Part shown: in pieces, positions 1 to 9,069 of the stretch
Layout: every line of letters starts with the position of its first letter
Position numbering within the stretch: position 1 is the first letter of the stretch
Origin: Planctomycetota bacterium
GTDB lineage: Bacteria > Planctomycetota > Planctomycetia > Pirellulales > Pirellulaceae
Assembly (NCBI GenBank): GCA_026692845.1
Contig: JAPLNM010000181.1
Location: forward strand, 5,945 to 69,944
Reading direction: 5' to 3'
DNA length: 64,000 bases
Position numbers and translations under genes: made by a program
Notes under the pieces: generated by a model
What the model was told of the DNA's origin: nothing
Databases searched by the model: none
The model's input: only the letters and a program-made list of their open reading frames with translations

Positions 1-609
1 GATGGTTCGTTTGCGATTGAAGCCGGCATCTTCCGACTGCGTGCGGATCTTCCGCGTCGCGAATAACACGGCATCACTCCACTCGCTCATCAGCGCCGCA
101 GCGTGCTTGTGGAGCCTGGGGCTGTAGCGGTCGTAGGGCGATGATTCGGGGTCCTCGAATCGCTCGACCTTGCTATGCGCGATCATCAAAACGACCATCC
201 CACGCTGGTTTCGCAGCGCATTGAGGTGCTCGATGATTTCCCGCCAGTAGGTCAGCGCGAGCGTGTAGCCCTTGGCATAGCCACCAGCGACCTGCTCGAT
301 CGAGGTGGCGTTGTGTTCGGCACACAATCGGTCGAATACCAGTCGCTCAAGCCAATCCAGCGAATCGATAACCACGCTCTCGTAGTCATGCGACTCGCGC
401 TGCAGATCCGTCAAAGCCGAGATCACCTCTTCGTACTTGGTCGCCAGCGGAAATTTGTCGACATCGATCTCATCCAAGCCGTCTTCACATTGGATGAAGA
501 CTGGCTTCGGTGCTTGAGAGGCGAAAGTCGATTTGCCGACGCCTTCGATTCCGTAACAAAGAATTCGAGGTGGTCTCGCGGTGCGACCCCGCTGTAGTTT
601 TGAGAGCAT
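1..609 (-). CDS. AAA_24 / Sak4-like RecA-fold ATPase (phage or mobile-element type); C-terminus runs off the window
   Basis: Absent from the ORF track because no stop codon lies in the window. My minus-strand translation from the ATG at 609-607 reads MLSKLQRGRTARPPRILCYGIEGVGKSTFASQAPKPVFIQCEDGLDEIDV... It has Walker A GIEGVGKST, then VVIDSLDWLE and VVLMIAHSK strands typical of PF13479-like proteins. The start lies 2 nt after the stop of the upstream ORF. Confidence 0.7.
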   Translation of the reverse strand, partial: MLSKLQRGRTARPPRILCYGIEGVGKSTFASQAPKPVFIQCEDGLDEIDVDKFPLATKYEEVISALTDLQRESHDYESVVIDSLDWLERLVFDRLCAEHNATSIEQVAGGYAKGYTLALTYWREIIEHLNALRNQRGMVVLMIAHSKVERFEDPESSPYDRYSPRLHKHAAALMSEWSDAVLFATRKIRTQSEDAGFNRKRTI

Positions 610-611
610 GC

Positions 612-911
612 TCACGCGGCCACCCCCTTGCACTGTTGCTGCTTGGAAACGCGTTCGACGTCGAACGCGTCAGGTCCGAACTCCCGAGCAATGAAGCCCG
701 TGAAGAGCCGGTTGAGATCTCGTCCGATCTGCGTGCCCGCGTCGATGACGAGGGCACGCGTGTTCGGATCGAGGTAATGAGCCGCATCAAGTCGAGTCTG
801 GGCTTCGCCATGCAGGCTCTCTGTTGCCAGAACGGCCAGCAGGAACGAGGCTTCGACCTCCTCGACGGGCACTTCCGCAGTGAAGCGGTAGCGATACAGT
901 TCCTTGGTCAT
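612..911 (-). CDS. hypothetical protein (99 aa), co-oriented and tightly packed with the AAA_24 gene
   Basis: ORF-track ORF with no recognisable motif. Its stop lies 2 nt from the downstream start, which suggests an operon. Confidence 0.5.
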   Translation of the reverse strand: MTKELYRYRFTAEVPVEEVEASFLLAVLATESLHGEAQTRLDAAHYLDPNTRALVIDAGTQIGRDLNRLFTGFIAREFGPDAFDVERVSKQQQCKGVAA

Positions 912-981
912 TTCGTTTTCCTCGCGTCGATTGGGTAGGTCTCTATCTGCTGACCTACCCGGTTCCGGCGCGAGATGACGA

Positions 982-1572
982 TTACGATTCCAGGTAATCC
1001 TGCATGCCTGCTTTTTCGAATCGCTGCCGAATGCGACGCATCCAGTCGTTGAGCGTCGTGCGAGGAATGCCCATCACTTCCGCGATTTCCACCATCGTTC
1101 GCGATTTCCGCAGCTCGAGCATGGTTCGCCATGCGTCCGGCAGCGTGGACATGACCTCCGCCATGTCCAGCGCCAATTCGTTAAGCTCCTGCTCGCTGCG
1201 ACGCTCGCGGCCGAATCGGGCATCGAGTTCTCGATCGCCGATGGTTTGGGACAACTCCGTCGGCCCTTCGTCGGTGATCTCGATCGTCACGTTGAGTGAC
1301 GTGATCCGTCGATAGTCGCGTTTCTCCGCCTTCTTGTTGCGAAGCATGTTGGCGACGTACCGCTCGACAACGGCCGTGACGAATTTGTTGCGATGAGCAA
1401 CGTCCGGATTGAATCGGGGCAGGCTCTGCAGCACGCGAGCGAATAGTTCCTGTTCGAGGGACTCGCGGTCCTGCAAAGTGAATCCAGCACGACCGATCAA
1501 CTGGTTGACCTTGCGCTTGATAATGCCGCGGATGAAACGATCTTCACTGGGATCAAAACTGGCCTTCGCCAT
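982..1572 (-). CDS. ECF-type sigma-70 family RNA polymerase sigma factor (mobile-element encoded)
   Basis: Region-2-like segment ELFARVLQSLPRFNPD...FVTAVVERYVANMLR. Region-4 HTH segment LPDAWRTMLELRKSRTMVEIAEVMGIPRTTLNDWMRRIRQRF. I trimmed the start to MAKASFDP (ATG at 1572), which has GAGGAG 10 nt upstream. The longer track ORF to 1695 looks like a non-coding extension. Confidence 0.7.
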   Translation of the reverse strand: MAKASFDPSEDRFIRGIIKRKVNQLIGRAGFTLQDRESLEQELFARVLQSLPRFNPDVAHRNKFVTAVVERYVANMLRNKKAEKRDYRRITSLNVTIEITDEGPTELSQTIGDRELDARFGRERRSEQELNELALDMAEVMSTLPDAWRTMLELRKSRTMVEIAEVMGIPRTTLNDWMRRIRQRFEKAGMQDYLES

Positions 1573-1581
1573 AATTAAAAA

Positions 1582-1599
1582 CTCCTCGCCGGCGAGGAG
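1582..1599 (-). promoter_or_regulatory. perfect 18-bp palindrome (CTCCTCGCCGGCGAGGAG) containing the sigma-gene Shine-Dalgarno, followed by TTTTT on the minus strand
   Basis: Read directly from the sequence. On the minus strand the hairpin is followed by TTTTTAATT and then the ATG. It could act as an upstream terminator, an RBS-sequestering hairpin, or both. Confidence 0.35.
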
Positions 1600-1781
1600 C
1601 GGGTGGCGTGGGCACACGACGAGTGGCGAAGGGAATGCAGGCCAACGAAAAAGCGGAGGCGATGCGAGTCGCGCCATAATCGGCGTCGCCCACAATCGCC
1701 TCCGCTGTGCGGCCGGCTAAAATGTCAGGTGAACAAAATTGAAAAAACGAACGTCACGCAGCGGGTGCCTAACCCCAGTGA

Positions 1782-2105
1782 TTAGGCGGGCACCTCCGTG
1801 ACGATCATGCGAAACGGCAGACCGTGCTTGATTTCCAGGACGTCGATGATGCCGTTCTGCAATTCATCGAAAAATGCGAACAGCTCAACGACCTGCTGTT
1901 TCAACGAAAAATCCATCGAGTGCAGTTCAGGACGGGGACCGTTCTCCCCCGCGAACTTGTGCTCGCGGACAATGCCTGGACTTGGCGATAAAACTGGCTG
2001 GCCGTCACGAACGTGCAAGGCTTCGAGGCGACCAAAATTGATACGCTGTAACTCTCTTACGAACTGCCTGCGCTGGGGAGTCAATGATGCCCAGGAGTGT
2101 GCCAT
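1782..2105 (-). CDS. hypothetical protein (107 aa)
   Basis: ORF-track ORF on the same strand as the sigma/AAA_24 block. No motif recognised. Confidence 0.45.
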   Translation of the reverse strand: MAHSWASLTPQRRQFVRELQRINFGRLEALHVRDGQPVLSPSPGIVREHKFAGENGPRPELHSMDFSLKQQVVELFAFFDELQNGIIDVLEIKHGLPFRMIVTEVPA

Positions 2106-2248
2106 AACTCATTCCTTTCCTTGCGGAAACGAGTCTATGGCGCATGGCGTGGCTCCAATCTAGAACCATCAAGATACGCCGAGTGCGCCCTCAAAACGGA
2201 AGGGGGAGACACCCTGCGTAGCGGAGGCTACGTCTCGCGTAGCCTTAC

Positions 2249-3155
2249 AAGCCCTGACAAAACCTTTCGGCACAGCATTTGCGCAATAGCCTGGTAGACC
2301 TCCTTGGCACCGGAGATTCCTACCATGGCCACGGCTCAACTTTCCCCCGAGTTCTTCGGCATCCTCGTCCACCACCTCCCTCCCGAATTGCCCGTCGGAC
2401 CCGCGGGTGGCCGGCCTCGGGTCGGCCATCTCACGGCGATCCGAGTGATTTGGTTCGTACTGACCACTGGGGCCCGCTGGGAGGACGTCCCGCCCGAAAT
2501 GGGCTGCTCCGGCCGCACGGCCCACCGCCGCCTCCGGGCCTGGGAAGAGGCTGGGATCTGGGATTGCCTGCACGCCGACCTGCTGGGGCTGCTGAAGCGA
2601 GCAGGCAAGCTCGACCTCGATACAGTGGTCGTCGACGGCGTCACGGTGCGGGCCTTCGGCGGCGGCGAGTCCACCGGCCCGAGCCCCGTGGACCGCAGAA
2701 AACTCGGCTCGAAACACACCGTCATGGTCAACAAGACGGGGGTCCCGCTGGTCATCCGCACCGCCGGAGCCAACGCCAGCGACCACACCCAGATCCTGCC
2801 CGTGATCCTCGACTTCCCCAAGGTTGGCGGGGTACCGGGCCGCCCCAAGGAGTTGCCCAACGCGGTGTATGCCGACCGGGGCTACGACAGCGAGTCCTTG
2901 AGGGCGCTCTTGTGGTGGCTCGGCATCGAGCCGCACATCGCCAAGCGGAAGACACCTCACGGCAGCGGCCTCGGAAAGGTCCGCTGGGTGGTCGAGCGGA
3001 CGATCAGCTGGCTCAAGGGCCTGAGGCGTTTGCGGGTCCGGTACGACCGGCTCGGCGTGATCATGAACGCCTGGACGACGCTGGCAGCAAGCGTCATCTG
3101 CTTCCGCATCCTGCGTCGTCATGCTATGTGAATATCTAGGTTTTGTCAGAGCCTT
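2249..3155 (+). mobile_element. IS5-family insertion sequence (single DDE transposase); ends approximate
   Basis: Terminal inverted repeats AGCCCTGACAAAACC (2250-2264) and the reverse complement of GGTTTTGTCAGAGCC (3139-3153) match at 13 of 15 positions. The interior is visibly much more GC-rich than both flanks. It contains one transposase ORF. Confidence 0.8.
2304..3131 (+). CDS. IS5-family DDE transposase
   Basis: N-terminal HTH-like segment RVIWFVLTTGARWEDVP...RTAHRRLRAWEEAGIW. DDE-type blocks VVVDGVTVRA, VYADRGYDS and VVERTISWLKGLRRLRVRYD are typical of IS5/IS4-like transposases. Confidence 0.9.
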   Translation: MAPEIPTMATAQLSPEFFGILVHHLPPELPVGPAGGRPRVGHLTAIRVIWFVLTTGARWEDVPPEMGCSGRTAHRRLRAWEEAGIWDCLHADLLGLLKRAGKLDLDTVVVDGVTVRAFGGGESTGPSPVDRRKLGSKHTVMVNKTGVPLVIRTAGANASDHTQILPVILDFPKVGGVPGRPKELPNAVYADRGYDSESLRALLWWLGIEPHIAKRKTPHGSGLGKVRWVVERTISWLKGLRRLRVRYDRLGVIMNAWTTLAASVICFRILRRHAM

Positions 3156-3177
3156 TTAGAATTTTCTCATTTTTTTC

Positions 3178-5301
3178 TCACCCGTTCTTTACTGGTCGTG
3201 TTTCCCAGGAAAGCAAATCTTCGGGAATGTATCTCGGCGAGTTTCCGAAACTAATTGCTTTGCCCAAGTGGTCTGCCAGGTTGGGGTCGGTTTCCCTGAT
3301 CTGCTGGTCGATGACCCTTTTTACGTTACTTCTGAAACTATCCCGGATGTTTTTCCGCTTATCATTGGATTGCTTCAGTTTTCCCCCAATGCCAACGGAT
3401 TCATTGATCTTTGAGACGATCATGGTCAAATCGCTCTGGTACTGCTGTTCAAGCACATTATTGTTGTCCCGCCGGGCATTTTCGATCTCGGCGATTAATT
3501 CCTCGGCCTCCCTTCGGTAGTCCTTAACCGCTGCCCAATCAGATATGTCTCCTAAGCTTGCAAGCAGCGGATTTGACGCCGATTGTAGCCCTTGCTCGAT
3601 CGCTTCCTGGTTGCTGATTGCTACATCGCAGAAATCGATTGCCGTTCTACAGACGATCTCGACGGCTTGTTGAGGCACATTAGGTGAACTGAGCAAGTAA
3701 TAGAGGTAGCTTGCGCCAAGCCAAGGCAAAACAGTAAACGACTTTTGCCCTCGAAATCGAACCTGCCACGCACCACCCGAACGACGAAAGAGATTGTCCG
3801 GAAGAGGTTCGTCTGGTAACGGCGTGGCAGGGACGGAAGTAGGAAGATGAGATTCATAAACGATACGCATCAACGCGTCTGGTGGGAATAATCTCTGACG
3901 AATTCCAGAGCTGTGCACAGCAAACATTTTATCAATCACTGAGTTGACCTCTCTCGCATGCCGCCGGTACAAGTCAAAGCAACGCTGCGAGGTAGCCCCC
4001 GGGTTGCCGTCCATGAACCGTAACGCTCGAGCTACCTCCGGATACTTTGAGAGAAATTGCGTTGCTGTGGCAACTCGCTCAACCTGATTGGCGCGTTCAA
4101 GGTAGTTTGCAAACATGGTCTTGTCTTCATGAACCTTGACTGTTTTGTCGCGGCTTTGCGTGAATACATCTACTGCGTACTGCCCAAGCGGATCATGATT
4201 CTCTGCATTTGCTGCGATCACGGCAAAACGACGGTCAATGCATTGAGAGCACGTGCCACAATGAGAATGCTCCTTGGTCATTTCCCAAGTATGAGTACAG
4301 CTGATTGACGGGCCAACTAGTTCTTTGCAACCTGACCTAACTATCAGGTCCACCACTTCGCCTTTGGTTTTCCAAATAAACGGGTTCTCCACAAAGAAAC
4401 CGTTATCCATCACAAGCGAAAGGAGCTTTTGAAATCCATCGAAGACACGCGGATGTGTTGTTCGAGTGGCTTTCCCGCCAACTACCTGGGCGCATATCGG
4501 CAGGTTCATGCTAATCACGCCATTCTCGTAGAATCGAACACTGGTTTGCCCCAACATGTTCGCAATTACTGCGCCCAGTGCGACATAAAGGAACGACCTG
4601 CTCCTTTGCGTATGTTCTCGGTTCATCCATTTCTTTTTGTGAACAGTTACGCGAATGTGCGTTGGCTTGTTAAAGTCCGCCTTTGCATCAAGCAAGGTCC
4701 GGATCGATCTGTAGCGTTTATCAAGCTTTTCCGTCGATCGATGATTAACAAGAATCAATCGACGTTTTTGATTGACGACCTCCTCGACAGCGCCACCGAG
4801 AGAATCCAGTCCCCCTGAAAACATGACCACTTGCTCGGGAAAACCAAGCATCGCTCCGTCGTCGTTGAGATTCGCCAGGAATCCTTGCAACGATGGGCGT
4901 TGCTTTATTGGCAGGAACTCGAAATCGTAATGATCGTCCGAAAGGAATCCGAGCGTCTCAGTAAGCAACTTTTTCACACTATCAGTCTGCCAAAAGTCAA
5001 AGTCACCAACTGGAATCACAAAATGAAAGCGGCGACGCCAGCTAGTGCCGAAGGTTTCGACGTCATTCACGCCTCTCTTGATCGCTTGGTCTGCGGCATA
5101 GACGTAAGTAGCGATATCGAGTAAGTCTCGAAGTCGAGTCGGAACATCTTTATAAATCTGCTTGCGAATGTCCTCAATTTCGAGCTTGATCTTGTGATCG
5201 TCGTCAGATCCATACAGGTGAAGGCGGAGAAGTTCACTTCCATCCTCAGGTTGCAAGTGAGGCGAGTCCGTTCCGCAAATGATGTATCGCTTACCTTCCA
5301 T
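3178..5301 (-). CDS. QueC-like PP-loop ATPase (7-cyano-7-deazaguanine synthase-like core) with about 155-aa N-terminal and about 320-aa C-terminal extra domains
   Basis: PP-loop VVMFSGGLDSLGGA. QueC-like blocks RSFLYVALGAVIA, ENPFIWKTKGEVV and Cys cluster CTHTWEMTKEHSHCGTCSQCIDRRF. At 707 aa it is about three times the length of housekeeping QueC. Its start overlaps the upstream ORF stop by 11 nt. Confidence 0.8.
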   Translation of the reverse strand: MEGKRYIICGTDSPHLQPEDGSELLRLHLYGSDDDHKIKLEIEDIRKQIYKDVPTRLRDLLDIATYVYAADQAIKRGVNDVETFGTSWRRRFHFVIPVGDFDFWQTDSVKKLLTETLGFLSDDHYDFEFLPIKQRPSLQGFLANLNDDGAMLGFPEQVVMFSGGLDSLGGAVEEVVNQKRRLILVNHRSTEKLDKRYRSIRTLLDAKADFNKPTHIRVTVHKKKWMNREHTQRSRSFLYVALGAVIANMLGQTSVRFYENGVISMNLPICAQVVGGKATRTTHPRVFDGFQKLLSLVMDNGFFVENPFIWKTKGEVVDLIVRSGCKELVGPSISCTHTWEMTKEHSHCGTCSQCIDRRFAVIAANAENHDPLGQYAVDVFTQSRDKTVKVHEDKTMFANYLERANQVERVATATQFLSKYPEVARALRFMDGNPGATSQRCFDLYRRHAREVNSVIDKMFAVHSSGIRQRLFPPDALMRIVYESHLPTSVPATPLPDEPLPDNLFRRSGGAWQVRFRGQKSFTVLPWLGASYLYYLLSSPNVPQQAVEIVCRTAIDFCDVAISNQEAIEQGLQSASNPLLASLGDISDWAAVKDYRREAEELIAEIENARRDNNNVLEQQYQSDLTMIVSKINESVGIGGKLKQSNDKRKNIRDSFRSNVKRVIDQQIRETDPNLADHLGKAISFGNSPRYIPEDLLSWETRPVKNG

Positions 5302-6085
5302 CGGCCTTAGCCCTCGCCTTCAGTTCGTCTTTCATTTTTTTCAGTGCATAGGAGGCAAAGCCCTTAACCGACTCACTTGAGATGCTGCCTTGTTCTTCGT
5401 AACGATGCTTGGAGAACCACTCCTCCGAAAACTGCTGGACGATCTCTGATGCCTCGCGACAGTGCGTGGTAAGCGCCTCTTCGAATTGAGCCATTTGATT
5501 CATTGTTGCAAATCTTTGACCCTCACCGAGATTTGTCGCAAGTGTCTTACTCAGAAAATAATTCATGCATTCATTCGTTAGCCTGGCGAAGAACTCGCGT
5601 GTGAGCATCCCAAACTCCTTTTCTTTTCGGAACTGTGCTAGCGCTTGCTGTGCATGCTCGGCCTGAAGGTTGAACAGCGACCCCTGTTCGAGTTTAGGTT
5701 CCAAGCGACGGATTACTGCATCAACCAACGCGCGTTGTGCCAATTCGCCCAGATCCGAATGTCCATCTATCGAAGCAAAGTGCCTGTCGAGCGCATCAGT
5801 GAGAGCAACGGCAATTCCGGGAAGCGATGTGTTTGCGGGAATGTCGATGCCGTGTTCTCGAAGGTACTCGAGCGGGCTAGGATGGGACTGTGCTAGTCCA
5901 AGCTGGGTCATTAGCCAAACCGCGTGGTTGTAGCCGCTATCGTCGCTGACGAATGAGAATGCTGACTCGGCGGCCTTGATGGTAGCATTGGCGACTTGGG
6001 CCACGTCTGCACCCGAAGCGACGAGTTCAACGACTTCTCGCCATTTTCGTGTTTGCGGTAGTTGCCCAAGCCTCGTATGCCCCAT
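5291..6085 (-). CDS. hypothetical protein (264 aa), translationally coupled to the QueC-like gene
   Basis: ORF-track ORF, predicted mostly helical, no motif recognised. There is an 11-nt overlap (ATGGAAGGTAA) with the downstream QueC-like start. It lies 102 nt downstream of the DUF499 ATPase on the same strand. Confidence 0.65.
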   Translation of the reverse strand: MGHTRLGQLPQTRKWREVVELVASGADVAQVANATIKAAESAFSFVSDDSGYNHAVWLMTQLGLAQSHPSPLEYLREHGIDIPANTSLPGIAVALTDALDRHFASIDGHSDLGELAQRALVDAVIRRLEPKLEQGSLFNLQAEHAQQALAQFRKEKEFGMLTREFFARLTNECMNYFLSKTLATNLGEGQRFATMNQMAQFEEALTTHCREASEIVQQFSEEWFSKHRYEEQGSISSESVKGFASYALKKMKDELKARAKADGR

Positions 6086-6187
6086 CGCCTTTTGTTCCGT
6101 GGTTTCGCTGAATCAGTCTTGCCGTCGCATCATAAACAGGTGCTCCATCCGACAATATCGAAATGTCGAATGGCGTTGGATCTAGTG

Positions 6188-9058
6188 TCACTCCCACATT
6201 TTGCTCTTGAAGCCTAAGGCGGTTGCGTTTTCGGTAACAGCACGCTTGATTTGGTCCGAAGCTCCGGACGGGAAGTCGGCGTTGATTTCGAGTGTGATGT
6301 TGAGCGATGCGTTAGGGTCACCTGCCAGGAGGCTGATGATTTCCTCGGCGACTTGGACGAGGTGCATCTTGGCGGCTGAGGGCTTGATCTGGATGGAACC
6401 GTGAAAGGTCTTCGGTTTCGATGCGGTGGTTGTGCCTCCGCCAGTCGTGCCCGTTCCGCCGCTGGTTCCGGTTCCAGTCTCGCTGCCAGTGGTTGAGCCT
6501 GTGCCAGTCGCGCCGCCGGTTGTGGCACCGCCGGTTGATGTGCCGCCAGTGGTCTCTGTTGTACCAGACTTTTTGGCTTCCTCCGCCTTCTTCAAGTTGG
6601 TCTGGTATTCGAGGGCGGCGTTGGGCTCGATCAGCAGAAGCGTGTCGTCGAACTGAACGTTTCCTTCGCCAACATGGAACCCGGTGTATTTGTCGCCTTC
6701 CTGGCCGTAGGCCGTGCCGAAGAAGTCGCTTGATGCTGCTCCCGTGCGAATTGCCTGTGTCAACGAATCGCGGTTCTTGAGCCTCGGCAAGTACAAATAT
6801 CGCAGCGTGTCTTCCCAGAAGGCCATCGCTCCAGCTGCGGCTTTACCGTCCTTCCAGTACAGATACTTGAGCTTCGCGCGGAGGTGGATCGGGGACCAGG
6901 TCGTGATGACCAGTTCGTTGTCGATGCAGACTCGCTCGATCTCGCTGCCTGCCGAGCCGCCGGTGGTCGTGAGCGGGAATGCTTCGACGGTCGGCTTCGG
7001 GTCGGTGGGCGTATTTTGAACCGGGCACAGGAGCCATTTGTAGCATTCACGCGCGGCGCGGGGCACGACTTCTTCGGCGCTTTGAAGTTCCTTTTCGGCT
7101 TGCTTCTTTTGGAGCAGGTCGATGTTGAGTCGGCCTTCCTTTACGTCTTCGACGATGGAGTGCCAAGCCAGAGCCACGCGGGCGGTGTCTCGGAGTCTGG
7201 CCAGTACAGCCATGTCGGGTGCGAGAAAGACGAGCCGATTGCCTCGGTATCGCGGCTTGGTGCCGTTGTTGCGCACGTAATCGAGTACCACGCCTTCAGC
7301 CGGTTGTTTCAGATCTCGCGAGTGGCAGTTTTCTGGCGCGAGGACGACGAGGCGGAGCGCACTATCATCGGGTACGTCACCATGCGGTGTGAAGATGTGG
7401 ACGCCGTCGAAGAATGTCGCGCTGCCCACCATCTTCTTGAGCGCTTCGCCGATTTTGCCTCGCACATCGGTGCCGTCTTCAAATCGTCGCTTACGGTCTT
7501 CCATTTCGCGGCGCAGGTTGGCGCGGGTATCGAACCAGAAGCGAGTGGCCTCTTGGGCTTTGTCGCCGGAGCTGTTGAGGTAGTGGAGTCGATCCGCCAA
7601 GCGGTTTAGGGCGTCGATGTAGGTAGCGGAGGTCTGGCCCGGCTGTAAACAACCGAGCAGGACGCGAGCCCGATCGAGGCCACGAATTCCAGCCTTCCCG
7701 GCAACCGACGAGGGGGCACTGCCGAGAAACAGCGTGCGGGCGACGCGGCGAGCGGCGTTCACTTGGCCGAAGCGAGGTTCCTTGTTCTCCAGCTCGGTCG
7801 TCTCGGCACGGTCGCCGTCGATGTCCTTTTCGACAACGGCGTCCCAACCGGCGGGCAAATAGTACGTCAGCTCGTTCCGCGAACTACCATCGTGCAGCGG
7901 AAGACTACCGGGCAGAATCATCAGGTCTTTGTTGTCATCCTTCCAGAGTCGGTAGATGACCTTGGCCATCAATTTCAGCACACCGCGTGTGCGCTGGAAT
8001 CCGTCGATAGTGGTCCAGTCCTCGTACAGCCGATCGAACACTTCGGGATGGATCGGGTAGGCTTGCACCAGTCGGTCGTAGTAGCGGCCTTCCTGCGTCT
8101 CGGCGGGAAGCTTGGAACCTTCGGCCACATAGGCATCGGCAAAGGCTCGGCATACTGCGTCGCGGGTTTTGCCGTCACGCATTGGCTCGAACAATCGCCG
8201 CCGCACAATCTCAAACGCTTCCTCGGTGGCGACCGGCTTCCAGAGCGCCTGAATTCGACCAAAGGTCTTTTCAAGAGCCCGGAGTGCCGCGACGCCACGT
8301 TGGCTGCCAGCTTCAACTTCGGATTCGGGCAACGATGCCAGGACGATGGCATTGGGAACGAGCTTCACCGCTTCCGTGAGCGCCTGCACGAACGACAGGT
8401 TGGTGTCGTAGCTGCCGCCGCTCAGGGTCTGGCCTTCGGAGAACTGCCGGACGTAGGCGACGAGTTCGTCGATCAGAATGATGCATGGTGCATATTGGGT
8501 CAGCAAATCGCGCAACACGTCTTTGCCTGGCGACGTTCCCGTGGCATCGGCTTCCTTTACCAGCGCGTACCCCTCGCTCCCGCCAAGCTGCCAAGCAAGT
8601 TCGCCCCACAGCGTCTTGATCGTTTGCTTGCCGTGTTTCCAGGCTTGGCCGGGCGCGTGAGCCGTCCCGTCCAAAACCGCAACGCGGGCCTGGGGTACGT
8701 CCATCATTCCGGCTTGCTCGACGAGCGAGGGAATGCCGGCCAGTTCCGACAGAGCGCACTTGCGTGTGGCTAGGTGGTATACGGCCAGCATGGTGTGCGT
8801 CTTGCCGCCACCGAACGCGGTTTGAAGCTGGATGACCGGCTCGCCACCCTTGCTGACAAGCCGCTGGGCAACCTGCGTCAACAATAATCGCATCCCCTCG
8901 GTGATGAAGGTGCGATCATAGAACGCCGAGGCATCCTGGTATTCTTTGGTGGCTTTTCCGGAATGCACCGCCGTGATATCGGCCGCGAACTCCGACTGCT
9001 GAAAGGTTCCTTCCAGCACATCGCGATGCGGTACAGCAATTTCTCGCCAAGGTTTCAT
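6188..9058 (-). CDS. DUF499-family P-loop ATPase (ATPase component of a helicase-methylase-ATPase module)
   Basis: Walker [12 protein letters not shown] and Walker [12 protein letters not shown]. The N-terminus [19 protein letters not shown] is characteristic of DUF499. A G/T-rich low-complexity linker precedes a small C-terminal domain. I prefer the ATG at 9058; the track's TTG at 9073 would overlap the methylase stop. Confidence 0.85.
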   Translation of the reverse strand: MKPWREIAVPHRDVLEGTFQQSEFAADITAVHSGKATKEYQDASAFYDRTFITEGMRLLLTQVAQRLVSKGGEPVIQLQTAFGGGKTHTMLAVYHLATRKCALSELAGIPSLVEQAGMMDVPQARVAVLDGTAHAPGQAWKHGKQTIKTLWGELAWQLGGSEGYALVKEADATGTSPGKDVLRDLLTQYAPCIILIDELVAYVRQFSEGQTLSGGSYDTNLSFVQALTEAVKLVPNAIVLASLPESEVEAGSQRGVAALRALEKTFGRIQALWKPVATEEAFEIVRRRLFEPMRDGKTRDAVCRAFADAYVAEGSKLPAETQEGRYYDRLVQAYPIHPEVFDRLYEDWTTIDGFQRTRGVLKLMAKVIYRLWKDDNKDLMILPGSLPLHDGSSRNELTYYLPAGWDAVVEKDIDGDRAETTELENKEPRFGQVNAARRVARTLFLGSAPSSVAGKAGIRGLDRARVLLGCLQPGQTSATYIDALNRLADRLHYLNSSGDKAQEATRFWFDTRANLRREMEDRKRRFEDGTDVRGKIGEALKKMVGSATFFDGVHIFTPHGDVPDDSALRLVVLAPENCHSRDLKQPAEGVVLDYVRNNGTKPRYRGNRLVFLAPDMAVLARLRDTARVALAWHSIVEDVKEGRLNIDLLQKKQAEKELQSAEEVVPRAARECYKWLLCPVQNTPTDPKPTVEAFPLTTTGGSAGSEIERVCIDNELVITTWSPIHLRAKLKYLYWKDGKAAAGAMAFWEDTLRYLYLPRLKNRDSLTQAIRTGAASSDFFGTAYGQEGDKYTGFHVGEGNVQFDDTLLLIEPNAALEYQTNLKKAEEAKKSGTTETTGGTSTGGATTGGATGTGSTTGSETGTGTSGGTGTTGGGTTTASKPKTFHGSIQIKPSAAKMHLVQVAEEIISLLAGDPNASLNITLEINADFPSGASDQIKRAVTENATALGFKSKMWE

Positions 9059-9069
9059 GGTCTGTTCCC

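Noticed and set aside
1573-1695. N-terminal extension of the sigma-factor ORF (MWATPIMARLASPP...).
   Set aside because: The extension runs through the palindromes and terminator-like structures and has Pro/Arg-rich composition. The internal ATG at 1572 has a GAGGAG Shine-Dalgarno.
2169-3139. Long ORFs overlapping the IS transposase: 2169-3122 on the minus strand (317 aa) and 2279-3139 on the plus strand in another frame (286 aa).
   Set aside because: These are shadow ORFs typical of GC-rich DNA, with Arg/Pro/Gly-rich nonsense composition. Only the 2304-3131 frame carries DDE transposase motifs.
3178-5301. Interpreting the QueC-like gene as housekeeping queuosine biosynthesis, or as part of a Dpd-type 7-deazaguanine DNA-modification cluster.
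   Set aside because: The window has no queD, queE, queF or folE, and no TGT/DpdA-like or ParB-like DpdB gene. The protein is about three times the size of QueC and lies in a defence island. A DNA-modification role cannot be fully excluded without searches.
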